Positions 49,913-63,263 of a stretch of DNA of 64,000 bases are shown here, one piece after another. Made by a program: the position numbers and the translations under genes. Under the pieces are notes generated by a model. It searched no databases and had not been told where the DNA came from. It saw nothing but the letters and a program-made list of their open reading frames with translations. The stretch comes from Eledone cirrhosa (Eukaryota): NCBI GenBank assembly GCA_964016885.1, contig OZ024742.1, positions 318,494,001-318,558,000 on the forward strand, in the 5' to 3' direction. The first letter of the stretch is position 1. Every line of letters begins with the position of its first letter.

Positions 49913-52612
49913 TTTTAAACATAAACATTATTTAATTAATGTACCTCATTTGCTTGTTGAAATCTGTATATCATGTTTGACTATTTTTGTATTGTCATTT
50001 TATAGTTTTTAAATTATATCTAAAGTGTTTGTTTTTTTTATAAAATAAATGTGAACAAAAAATAAGTAGGTATTTTACTTTGACGTAGTGTTTTCTAGAA
50101 AGAATGAAATTTGAATTGAAAAAAAAATGTATTTTTAATATTTCTATATAATGAATGTATAAATATAAATGTGTATTTTTAATATGTTCAACCAATGAAT
50201 ATGTAACAGTTGTTTTTTAAAAAATTACAAATAAAATAACATAAAACAAGATAATTTGTCATTTCTAAACTAAAGTTAAAATATAATGAAAATTATTGTG
50301 TGCAGTGCTCAGGTGCACTACAACTCATCAAAGGTGCATGTATAGTACATAGAATAATGTACAAATGTCATGGAAGTGAACAGTGTATATACACAGATAC
50401 ATGTGTGCGTGTGTATGGAGGGGGAATATCAGGTCTAGCTTTGGCGAATTTTGGGAAGCATGGAAGTCTTGAAGGATGCAGTGTCCCAACAGTTGTCTTC
50501 TATTGTTTTAAATACAAACAACTTGAGAATCTCCACAGAAATTTGTTTACACTTTCTATAGGTACCAGTATAGTTGATGGCCGTGTGGTTAACAAATATG
50601 CTTGGCAACCACATGGTTTTGGCTTCTATCCTATTGTAGGGCACTCTGGGCAAGTGTCTTCTATTATAGTCTTTGGTAGAATTTGGTAGCTGGAAAATAT
50701 ATGAAGCCTGTCATATATATATATACTAATAGTAAAAAGGATGAAGTGTTAGGTCTTCATTACTGTTTTTGAGGTGTGACGCGCGTTTCGCGATTGGTCA
50801 GCTTAAGGTTTGATCTGTATCAATCTGGCCTGGCTCTGAAATCAAAAGCTCATCGGTCTTCTGTTATGATAATGACTATATATATATATGTATATGTGTG
50901 TGTGTGTGTGTGTGCAATGTACAAATATTCTGATTAATAGAAGAAACAAATATGAATTTATAAAAGTTAAATCTTTTCTAAAAACATTTAGTTTTGTAGC
51001 AACTTGTACACTGTGATCAACTGAACGTAAAATACAATTGTTTCATTTGCTTCTGCAAACATATTTGAGAATTATGCTCACTTGGAGTGATTTTCTGGTT
51101 AACAGCTGATTACATGTCTTAACACCGAAGCTGATATAATCCTCTGTCTACCATATATTGTTCAAGATGTATTAAATTATATAATTGTTTCTACTTTTGG
51201 CACAAGGCCAGCAATTATCCCAGTGTATTACTGGTACTTTATTTTATCGACCCCGTAAGGATGAAAGACAGTGTTGACCTCGGCAGGATTTGAACTCAGA
51301 ATGGAAAGGGCCGTAACTCTATGCGTCAAAGCATGACGTCCGACCCTCTACCGATACTGCCAATCCACAATGTTTATGATTTACAAAAGAAACAAATCTA
51401 TAAAAAGGAACAAAAAAAAAATAGCGGGAGAAGACATGTCCAGTCAGTTACACACTACAAAGAACGCTAGTGTTGCCTTCTAAAAAAATTTGAGTCAAGC
51501 CAAGAACTCTCGAAAGCATTACCTGATACTCCAGTAATGTGAACTATCAATGACAAAAATGTTGTCAGTGGCCCAGCTCTGCTAAACATCTCAAATACTT
51601 CAGGATGAACAATGTAACTTTCCAATACTAGAATTTTTTTCAAGACGTTGATGTGTGTATGATTATATTATTATAAATGCACAACACAGACACACTTACA
51701 AAAATACACACTCACAGACATACATTCACACAAATACACATACACATACACTCACACACAGCATAGCAAATGGAACACCAGCTGCTGTTTTGCTATAGTT
51801 TTTTCACCATCCCCCTCCTTCCTTTTACACACAGATTCATTCACACACATACATACACACATTGTGTGACGGACCGATGGAAGTTGCTCAAATTTATATA
51901 TAGAAATAGTATATCTGAAGTTTATTCTCAACTACATTCACGCAACCAAACAAAACTATATCTAGTATTCATGTTGGTCACATTACATATCAATGTACAC
52001 ATTGCTACACATTGTAAAATGTTTGAAGCAAGCCAAGACATGGCATTATCGGAGGCGTTAGCACTGGAATAACCACGCACTCTTATGAGCATCACATGAT
52101 AATACTTCAGTAAACCAAAGTAAAGCAAATCACAAAAGGTGTCTCTGTACTTTGCTTTTGAAAGATAGTATCTTGTCAGCTGAGCTGGCTCTGATGGCAG
52201 CTTCTGGAAGTCTGTATCATATTTTGATAGCTGAGTGCAGATAGCTCTTCACCAAGATGTGGGTCTACATATCAAATTTTGAGGAATGAGGGACATTTGC
52301 CAGTTCTTTCGTCACTTTACCATTGGAATTTTTGTATGAAGTTCATGTCTGATTATAGACATAATTTTATCATTTATGCAAAATGATAGAGCTTAGTGGT
52401 TAGAGAATTGGATTCGCAATCATGAGATTGTAAGTTCAATTCCTGAACCGGGCAATGCATTATGTTCTTGAGCAAGACACTTTATATATTGTTATTGTTA
52501 TTATATCATGACTCATACACTGTTTATTTTCCTGACATTTGTACATTATTCTATGTACTATACATGCACCTTTGATGAGTTGTAGTGCACCTGAGCACTG
52601 TACACAATAATT

Positions 52613-52647
<35 letters not shown>

Positions 52648-53798
52648 TCAGGTTGCTCTTTCTGGCAGGAGTTGCAACTGTTTCCTTGGTCCAATTTGAA
52701 GAAATCCACCCCACTTGGTAAGCAAATGAGATCTGGGAAACAGAAGTATAGTGTATTGAGGTTTATAAATACATTATTCAACAGAGTACTCGATACTTGG
52801 GGTAGTAGAATAGGGCTATATTATAATGAGTCAGTACCTGATGGCTGAGCTGTTGCTGTTTCAACAGCTAGTTCTAGTCTGGCACCAGCTGTTGAAATGG
52901 CAACAGTTTGGCCATCGAGTCCTGACTTTTTATAATATATATATGTGTATATATATACGTGAGAGAGAGTATAATTTCTAACTACATTTATAAAATAGTG
53001 AATTCTGGATATTTACCAATATCAAATTATAATTTGTAGAAAATTAATTTGAAAACTATGGACAATGACCATACAATACATGTTTTCTCATCGTGGTGAT
53101 GAAATGAGTGAATCAAGGCAAAATAATTGTTTATACTTTAGGCACAAGGCCAGCAATTACCCAGTGCATTACTGGTACTTTATTTTATCGACCCCGTAAG
53201 GATGAAAGGCAAAGTCAACCTCGGCAGGATTTGAACTCAGATCGTAAAGGGACGTAACTATGCTGGAAAGCATGGCGACCGACCCTCTACCGATACTGCC
53301 AATCCACCAAAATAATGGGAGTTTGTAGGCATTTGCAATATACCATTGAAAGGAAATAATTCAGGTTTCACTTTTTATAATGAAAGTTTCTTTATGAAAA
53401 TGTTAAAACAAGCAAAATTAGATTTTTGTTTTTTGTTTTTTGTTTAGTAGAAATTTATGTGAAATCGAAGCTTAAAGCACGAACCTTTCCTATGTAGATT
53501 ATCTGATTTAAAAAAGATACTTAAATCTTCGCTTTGTTTCATTTGAAAAATCTACACGTTGCAACGTTTCAATTTTTCTACATCGAGAAGTAGAGTAACG
53601 TTGTCAAATACTAATTGAATATCAGTTCAAGGGAGAGAACTATCATTTTCTTTTTCTAGGACATAAGTATAATTTATATAATGAATACAAGAAAAAAAAA
53701 AAGTAAGAAAAATAATTCACTAAAAAGGGGTCAGAAAGGGAAAATACATACATCTCTTAAAAATGATGACCCTCATGGTATTTTTTCTTTCTTTCCGA

Positions 53799-53836
<38 letters not shown>

Positions 53837-54919
53837 TTTTATTCTTTTGTAAATCAATTATTAGTTTTTCAATGTTCATTGTATCATTGTATTTATGTCC
53901 TAAAGTTAATTGTATATGTTAATAAAATACTCTAAAAAGAATTAAATACCTTTTGTTTTTTGTTTTGATTTTTTTTTCTTTTTTTTTTTTGTTACTCATG
54001 TTATCTTATTTTCTTTCTTCTGCTTTTCGTCTCATAATAGTATTAATTGTATTTAATCTTTGAAGTCCAGGATTGGTATGGCATATATACCAGGATTGTT
54101 GCATATATGAACAATCTTACAAACCGGGGAATTTGTATTTTTATGAATTAAAAGTTTGCATAGCAGTAATCCTATAGTTTATGTTGATTACTGACACATG
54201 GAGGTGATTAAAGATAAAAACGATACATGATCTATTGCTAGTATAATTACATAAATATTCATCATATATGAGAAATGTTGGGTTAGTACCCAGGACCTTG
54301 TGACTGAAAAGTGAACTTGTTATTATTGAAACATGACCGATAGAAAATGCAATGTGTGTGTGGTGTAAATTTTAAACATTACAGGTGGAATGGAAATATA
54401 TGAACTGTAGCATAATATGCAAACTAGGTAATATGACTGTAGCCTGATGATGTCTGTTGCTTCCATACCACTAATTGGAGCAGGCTGGTTGTCTGTCTGA
54501 GATATAATTTGAGGGATACATTTGAATTAAATTTATGGCTAATGCGGTATGGTTGTATATTTGTGTTGGCTTTTCTGCTTTCACCCTAAGCGGGATCATC
54601 TAAAACTGAGAAAAATCACTCTGCAGGTGCAGAAATAATTATTTCAAAAAGGTTAAAGCGAAATATTACTTTTAGAAAACAGGAAGACATGATGGTAATG
54701 TGTGAGGAAATTCTCTTGAGTGAAATATTTAATAGTTAGATTGCCCATGAAAGGTTTTAATTTTTAATCTGATGCAGTCATCTTTTAGACCAGAGGTTCT
54801 CAAACCTTTCGGGCCGCTGCTCGCCCCCCCCCCCCCTCACGGCCATGGAATACCCTCAGCGCCCCCCAACCCTATTTCCAGAGAGACTTGCCAACATGTA
54901 AATTGTAAGTAATATATAA

Positions 54920-56803
54920 TCCCACACAAGCCAGGTTACTGCTAAACAGGCATTTTCACTATTGAAGACCAGAGTGTACCGTCTCCACCACCTCTGACAT
55001 TGGATTCTATTACGACGTTAGTTCATACCTTAGGGGGTCCCTAGGAAGCTGTTATCAGTTCGGAGGCTGCAGTCCAACTGTGCCTTAGAAAGCAATGCTT
55101 TGACCTGACGTCATAACAAGGGAGGCGACTCTCACTACACGACTATGGAATTTACACCTGCAATGCTGCGATGTTACCTTAAAAATAAACGCAACCATGC
55201 CTCTCCTGGTCTTGATGGTGTTACATACCTGCTTCTTAAACGTGGTGGGTACTTCCTCCTGCACCAGCTATCACACTTCTTCCAATTCTGTTTGAACAAT
55301 GGTGCTACTCCAGAACAGTGGAAAACTGCCAGTGTCATTCCTCTGTTCAAAAAGGGTGACCGCACATCACCTGTGAACTATCATCCAGTCAGTCCTACTA
55401 GCTGCATTGCCAAACTGATGGAATCCTGTGTCAGAGAAACACTTTGGAACTTCTGGAACTCTCACAGTCTTGTCCGGCCCTCGCAATTTGGATTTATCCC
55501 TAACTCCAGCTGCTGTGATCAACTTATCAAGTTTCTTGAAGACATCACCCGGATCACTGATGGCGGCTCATGCGTGGATGTTGTTTACCTTGACTTAGCT
55601 AAAGCTTTCAATTCTATGCCACACAAAAGAGTTATGGCAAAACTCTCTGCAATGGGTGTGAAGGATGATCTTTCTAACTGGTTGAAGTCCTTCATTCTCA
55701 GTTGAAGAGAGGTAGTCACAGTTCTAGGACAGCATTCCTCAACATATGAGATGTCATCTGGTGTACCACAGGGATCTGTTCTTGGCCCCCTTTTGTTTGT
55801 GATATATATTAATGACATAGATGCCAACTTAAAGAATGCCACAGTACTGAAATATGCAGATGACATCAAGCTGTACCTTGAGATAAAAAAGACAGATCCT
55901 GAACACTATAGATCTTGCCTGCAATCTGACCTGCACACAATGCAACAATGAAACCCTGACTGGCAACTGAAGCTGACTGTGGACAAGTGTACCACCATGC
56001 ATTTTGGGAGTAAAAACCCAGTGTCACATACTCCCTCCACAACACTAATATCAAGAAGTCTTCTTGTGAACATGACCTGGGTATTACTGTCAGCAGCAAT
56101 TTGCGTTGGACAAAGCACATCTCTAAAATTGTCAAGAAGGCCGAGTGTGTCCTAGCATCACTCAGCAAGACCTTTGTCAGCCACTCTCCAGCTATCTATT
56201 TAAAACTGTATATAGCTATAGTGCGGCCACACTTAGAATTTGCATCACCAGTCTGGAACCCCTATCTTGCTCAGAACATTGACCGCCTGAAAACTGTTTA
56301 GAGACATGCAACCAAGCGAATACCCTCCATCAGGCATCTACTATACTCTGAGCGCCTTGCTTCCCTGGGAATAAATACATTGAAGCTCCAACGTCTGGCA
56401 ACTGACTTGGTAAACACCCACAAAATTATTAACCATCTTGCCAACAACAACCCTGAGTACCTTTTTGATTTCCATGTGTCTAACACACATGGGCATGCCA
56501 ACAAAGTCAGAAAACAGCACAGCTCCCATGACTTTCGGAATTTTTTCACGCTCAGAGTTAATGAAGCATGGAACAAACTCCCTGCATCAGTTGGTAGCTG
56601 TTGAGACACTGCATCCTTTAAAACCTCCATACTTCCTGAGATTCGCCAACACTTCACCTAATATTCTTCCTCCATACACACGCACACATGTATATCATGA
56701 CTCATACACTATTCAGTTCGCTGACATTTGTATATTATTCTATGTACTGTACATGCACCTCTGATGAGTTGCCATGCACCTGAGCAGTGTACACAATAAT
56801 TTC
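54920..56803 (+). mobile_element. CR1-like LINE, 5'-truncated, degenerate
   Basis: SPGLDG, WKTASVIPLFKKGD, YLDLAKAF, SGVPQGSVLGPLLF, YADD, VRPHLEFASPVWNP, RVNEAWNKLP motifs with several stops. The 5' boundary is approximate. Confidence 0.9.
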
Positions 56804-56804
56804 A

Positions 56805-56997
56805 GGTGGTGGATTGGCAGTATCAGTGGAGGGTTGGACACCAAGCTTTGCAGCATGGAGTTACGCCCCTTTGCGGTCTGAGCTCAAATCCCGCTGAGGT
56901 TAACTTTGCCTTTCATCCTTACGGGGTCGATAAAATAAAGTACCAGTAATGCACTGGATAATTGCTGGCCTTCTGTCAAATATAGAAACAATTATTA
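56805..56997 (+). mobile_element. tRNA-derived SINE with Nin/Deu-like central domain (representative of about 20 or more copies)
   Basis: Head ggtggtggattggcag, B-box-like (g)ttcaaatcc, core tttgcctttcatccttacggggtcgataaaataaagtaccag. Copies near 3030, 3700, 9145, 44340, 46248 (+) and 6912, 7550, 16963, 17197, 17783, 19925, 30593, 31765, 51182, 53125, 59105 (-). Confidence 0.85.
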
Positions 56998-59896
56998 TAA
57001 TAAATGAAATCGTTAATTTATATATAATAAATGATATAATATATATTATGCATAAATAAATATTATATATTTTTTTATTTTACTATATTTATATATATGT
57101 ATCATTTGATATTAAATATTCTATTATATCATCTCTACTCCCCCCCCCCCGCACCCATGGACCTTCTCAACGCCTACCAGGGGGGAGTTTGAGAACCTGT
57201 TTTAGACAAAAATCTCCATTCCACACAATTGCAAACCTTATCAACAAGCTTGCTCCCAGGTCACATACCTGCATGTCATTTCAGTAGCAATTTTGATTAA
57301 TGGATGTAGGGTTAGTGCAGTCATAGTGCTGTTTTATACTTTTCAAGAATGTTTTGCTAATGCAGTTTAATGTGTTACAGGATTTAAAGTTATCAGCTTA
57401 TGCGGTTCATGGTAAACATAATGTGAATTGACAACACCGGCTGGATGAAAAGATCCTGTATACACTGTCTACAGAGGACAAGAATGTTGGAAACACATGA
57501 GATGACAAAAGATTGAGACAAATAATGATATGCCATATGGCTGACCTGTCCAGCATGGAGTAATCAGTATTAACCCTTTCATTGCCATATTTCTAACAAT
57601 AAAATACTGCCTTTGTGTTTGAATTACCAAAATAATCAACAATTATGAAGAGTTTAGTGAAATAACTAACTTTCAACTTAATAACAAAAGACAAATATTT
57701 AACTACTGAAATCAAATATTATCTGGGGTGTAGTAATAATGGTTTGTGATTTAGGCACAAGGCCAACAATTTGAATATAACGGACAAAAATTCTTACATA
57801 AAAGTTTGACAGAAGGATTTTAGATAAATATAAACACTTTAAAACAAACAGTTTTATAATGTAAAACCAGGAACGGTTTCAGGTATTTTTGGTATCAAAA
57901 CATATTTCATAAACTAAATCTTTATTAGTCATAAAGACTGTATTTGTTGCTCCACCCTTAATCAATATGGTTACCATGGTTTTCACTAGTATTTTAAATA
58001 TATTTTTAGATATCTTGCTTTACCATATATACCATTGGTGATATTTTAATATCTATTATTACTAGTCAGTCAGCCAGAGGAATAAAAAAAAACTGTTGTA
58101 TTAAATAGTCTTATATCCTTTATGTTTTTTTTCTTTGTCATGTTCTTCGGGAGTATGGTAGGGGCATTCATTTCCTCTCTCTGCATGCTCTCTGCCTTTC
58201 TTCTCTCTCTCTATATATATATATATACGTGTGTGTGTGTGCATTTGTGTGCACGTATATATATAATATTAGTATTAATATTAATGGTATACTGATTTAC
58301 AGGTTGATCTATAGCTCAATGCAGTAGGGGACATGCAGAGCTATTATACATTAAAATTTAAATTTAAATGACACCAAATTAAATTTTAATGTATGAGTGT
58401 GTGTGTATAATAAAAAATGATAAACACAGAGATACAAAAACGATTAGTGTTATTAGGTTCGTGTTTTGGAGCTCACTATCAAGTTGTTGTTTAGCCCCAA
58501 GTCAACTCTGGTTGATCAAAGACTTTTGTAGCTAAGTAACTAGATATCTGTTTATCTAAACAGCTATTTATTTATACATCTAGTTAGTTTTATCTATCTA
58601 TTCGTCTACTTAATTATCTATCTACCTATCTATCTATTTATCTATCTATCACCCAACATACCTATCTGTCTATCTATCTATTTATCTATTTCCCTACCTG
58701 TCTACTTACCTACTAATCTATCTACATACCAATCTATGTTTATCCCCCCCCCCCCCACCCTCTCGTGCGTTTACACACTCATATATTTGTTTTTTGTGTT
58801 ATTTTCATACCATGCAGTGTTATGTGAATATCTTTGCAGCTCTAACAGCTGAATTACTGGACTTATGTTTATACAGGACATAAACAAATATCACTTTCTC
58901 CATTAGTGATATCAAATACAAACACATATAGACACACTCTTTTACTACTTACTAACATTTTGGTTTACTCCCAGCCGTTTTGATTTTAAATTCTATTTTC
59001 ATACCAGGATTTACTTCTCGATCTTTTCCTCAGATTCCAGACCTGCCAAACAAATAGTTTATGGCTGAATACAATAAATGTTATCTGAGTTTTTCTAATA
59101 TTAATAATTGTTTCTACTTTTGGCACAAGGCCAGCATTTATCCCAGTGTATTACTGGTACTTTATTTTAACGACTCCGTAAGGATCAAATGCAAAGTTAA
59201 CCTCAGCAGGATTTGAACTCAGATCATAAAGGGCCGTAACTCTTTGCTACAAAGCATGGCGTCCGATCCTCTACTGATACTACCAATCCACCGCCTATCT
59301 AATATTAATAATGATATTCGATTCGTTTGCAATTATGCAAACAGCCCCTTTAAAGCCATGTCAGTAGAATGACCCGTCATTCTTGCTCTTGTGTTGGCAT
59401 GTAAACAGAACTGCAGACACTAATGTTTCTGGGTGATTACCCTTCATCAGTACAGTATACTGCTTACCTGCCAACTGTCAGAGCTAGTGAAAATATATGA
59501 TATTTGTTTGTTATATATATATATACATATATATATTGTGCATGTAGAGATGGTGCAGCAGACCTGCCAACCTCTAAAAACCCAAATGGGGAGTACCAAG
59601 TGCTCTAAAACGGGGAGAAATGAGGCAAAATGGGGAGAGTTTACATAATGAAAGCTCTACCCATTTTCACAAGAGAAGACATCTCTCACCCACCATGAAG
59701 TGGGTGGGAGATCTCTTCATCGGACAGAGAGAGTTGACAGGTCTGCATATAGACATACTCTTTTACTGCTTACTAAAACCTTGGTTTACTTTCAGCCATT
59801 TTGATTTTAAATTCTGTTTCCACAACAGAATTGTTTTCTCAATCTTTTCTCAGATTCGGCTATTGTCATCAGCATACAGAAGTTCCCATGAACAGC

Positions 59897-60058
59897 CAGT
59901 GGTGGATTTAGGACAAATGTGGCCCTGTGCTAGTTAAGTTATGAGGCCCCTTACTTGGGCCCAGAAGGAGGAAAAAAGTTTTTTTGGCAAGAAGATGCCC
60001 CACCCCCTTCCTGGTCAACGGGGCTCTGTGCTTAAGTACAATGATAAATCCGGCACTG
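59897..60058. mobile_element. hAT-like MITE inserted in an old RTE fragment
   Basis: TIR cagtggtggattta / taaatccggcactg; 8-bp TSD tgaacagc / taaacagc. Host RTE remnant spans about 59860-60200 on the minus strand. Confidence 0.65.
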
Positions 60059-60857
60059 TAAACAGCTAGTCTTAAACTCTTCTATTATAGCCTGGAGAAT
60101 TATAATAGACAAGAGTTGACTGAGGACTGAGCTTTGCTGAATATCCACCTGCACATTGATTTCTCACTAAACTCATTACCTACTTTCACTTTACTGACAG
60201 CAATATATACTTATACACATACACACACACATTTGTGACAACATCGTGGCAACTTTTCTAGTGTTAGTGATCTACTCTCAGGTCTTGAATAATCGGCCCC
60301 CATTAATTTTTCAGAATTTTTCTACAATCCCCCACCCCTTATTAAATGTTATTGTAAGTGATTCATATTGATACAGCAAGCTGAAGAATTTAAGAATTTA
60401 AGAATTATTTTATTTTACATTACAAAAGCATTAAATATGACAGAAAAAGAATATTACAAGAAATTCCATATTTATGAACGTACACTATACAATTACCGAA
60501 CCCCATCCCGTTTATTCCACCCCACCCCAGTAGTTCCGCTTGAGTACGGAATCGGTGTGAGAAAACTCGTCCAACCCTTGCTAGTAGGGAAAACAGACGT
60601 TAAATAATGATGCTCATGATTGTGATATGCACGTACACTTACACATTCATGTTTACAAACAATGGGCACTTAATATAATGTGCCTTCCTATATGTATGCA
60701 GGGAAAAGCGGACGTAAAATGATGATGATGATGATGATGATACATACATAGTCCAAAGAAACAGCAAACAGAGGTACAAAAAGTCTTATTAGTTTCATGC
60801 TTTATATGGAAATGGAGTAAGAAAGTTTGACATATCGAGATTTAGTCCTTCTTCAGA

Positions 60858-60888
<31 letters not shown>

Positions 60889-61215
60889 TGTATGTATAGT
60901 ATATTTGACAATATACAGTATGTTTAATTAAAAACATTTAGAAGACCATTCGCTAGGAGTTTTAAAGTAGTGACTATTTCACTTACTTCTTCTCGGCAAA
61001 AACAGCAGAGAGCGGCCGACAGACAGTCTGTTTCTCACTTGTGAGCGTTTATCAAGACCACACACTCCGTTGCCTTTGCCGAGAATTATAGAGGCTGGAT
61101 TCTTATAGAATTCCAGTAATAATCAGGAGCTGATTATACAGAGCGATTGCCGGTCCAGCAAAAATTAGGTATTAGGATTGGTGCTCTGAAATAGCGATGT
61201 ATACATATATATATC

Positions 61216-63240
61216 AAAAGGCCTTAAAGTTAACTTGTCTAAGACTAAAGTTCTAGTATGCAGAAAGGAAAATAGGGTACTCTGGCAAATGGCCATGCTC
61301 AGTGTGTAGGAAAGGAGTAGGCAGAAATTCCATATGTCCCAAATGCAAACTATGGGTACATAAAAGATGTAGTGGGATCACAGGTAAGCTATCTAAGAAC
61401 ATTATTTAAAACTGTATACAGCTATGGTGCGACCACACTTGGAATTCGCATCATCAGTCTGGAACCCCTATCTTGCTCGGAACATTGACCTCCTGGAAAC
61501 TGTTCAGAGACGTGCAACCAAGCGCATACCCTCCATCAGACACCTACCATACTCTGAATGCCTTGCTTCCCTGGGCATGGATTCATTGAAGCTCCGACGT
61601 CTGGCAATGGACTTGGTGAATACCCACAAAGTTTTTAACCATCTCGCCAACTGCAACCCTGAGCGCCTCTTTGATCTCCATGTGTCTAACACACGTGGAC
61701 ATGCCTACAAGATAAGAAAACAGCACAGCTCCCATGACTTTCGCAGACATTTTTTCACGCTCAGAGTTGCTGAAGCATGGAACAAACTGCCTGCGTCAAT
61801 TGTTAGCTGCCGAGACACTGCATCCTTTAAGACACTCATGCTTCCCGAAATACGCCAAAACTACACCTGATGTACCCCTTCCATACACATGCACACATGT
61901 GTGTATCATGACTCGTGCACTGTTCATTTTACTGATGTTTGTGCATTGCCCTATGTACTGTACATGCACTTTTTTGATGAGTTGTGGTGCACCTGGGCAC
62001 TGTACACAATATTTCATTATTGTTATTGTTATTATATCATGACTCATACACTGTTCATTTTCCTGACATTTGTACATTATTCTATGTACTATACATGCAC
62101 CTTTGATGAGTTGTAGTGCACCTGAGCACTGTACACAATAATTTCATTATTATTATTATAGATTTTATTTCTAGCCAATGCTCAGGTGCAATAAGTAGCA
62201 AGTGCCCACAGGATACTATCTCCTTCTATTGCCCAGATGGTTCTATAGAAATAGTAGACACTTTCCGTTACCTGGGTGACGAAATCAGCAGTGGTGGAGG
62301 GTGTTCTGAAAGTACAGTAGCCAGAGTCAAAACGGGATGGAAAAATTTCAGAGAGCTTATACCACTATTGACAACTAAAGGTTTCTCTCTAAAAATGAAA
62401 GGCAGATTATATGATGCCTGTATACGAACAGCAATGTTACATGGCAGTGAGACATGGGCTTTGTATGCAGAGGATCTGCGCAGACTGGAGAGGAACGAAG
62501 CATCCATGCTCCATTGGATGTGTAATAGTAATATACGTGAAGAGCAAAGCATAAATGAACTAAGTGAGAAATTAGGAATAAGAGGGATCAGATGCTGTTT
62601 ACTCGAAAGAAGACTACATTGGTATGGTCACGTGATGCGCATGAAAGACGACAGTTGTATAAAAAAGTGCAGGGCGATCAAAATTGATGGAAGTTACGGA
62701 GTAGGTAGACTCAGAAAAACCTGGGATGATTTGATAAATTCCGACCTCACACACTTACATCTCTCTAAGACAATGTCACTGGACTGAGAGCTTTGGCGCT
62801 ACGCTGTAATACAGAAGACACGCCTTGCCTATGTACAAAGCGAAACCTACAGTCAGTCGGCACCTCTTAACCAAATATACACCCCATCCCACTACCCATA
62901 CTCTACTCCATCCCCACTCCCACCAACATCACCCTTTCTCTGTAAAGTTATGTTGGTACCACAACATCCAGTCCAAAATAAATGAGGTCGTGTAGGTGTC
63001 ACAACAAAAAAACACAGTCCACACTGTAATGTGGCCGTGTAGGTAACACGGTAAAAACCTCCCAGTTCCACACTGTAAACGTGGTTGGTGTTAGGATGGG
63101 CATCCAGCCATAGAAAACCTGCCAGACAGCCCTATACGAGTGAGACATGGTCACCCGACCAATCTTGCCTCAAGTAGGACAATTCCCGGCTAAACCCATG
63201 CTAGCGTGGAAGATAAACGTTGATAATGATGATGATGATA
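61216..63240 (+). mobile_element. RTE LINE subfamily B 3' half, interrupted by a CR1-like fragment
   Basis: 61216-61401 encodes KGLKVNLSKTK and the start of the PHD; the element resumes at about 62158 (ORF 62116..62787) through the 3' UTR and (GAT)n tail. Confidence 0.88.
61402..62157 (+). mobile_element. CR1-like LINE 3' fragment with duplicated 3' UTR, nested in RTE
   Basis: ORF 61424..61870 is homologous to 56200-56660; two tandem 3' UTR copies, each ending in (TTA)n. Other 3' fragments at about 31700-32195(-), 50283-50492(-) and 52490-52647(+). Confidence 0.88.
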
Positions 63241-63263
63241 TATATATATATATACCTAACCCT

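Larger units (their letters stand above)
54791..57199. mobile_element. Non-autonomous hAT element carrying a nested CR1 and SINE
   Basis: Termini cagaggttctcaaac / gtttgagaacctg; identical 8-bp TSD TTTTAGAC at 54783-54790 and 57200-57207. Confidence 0.8.

Noticed and set aside
53440-53640. Possible promoter of a downstream gene (slight CpG enrichment)
   Set aside because: No exon or downstream host gene could be identified in 49-64 kb; evidence too weak.
58346-58394. 15-bp AT-rich inverted repeat
   Set aside because: Low complexity, single occurrence, no supporting context.
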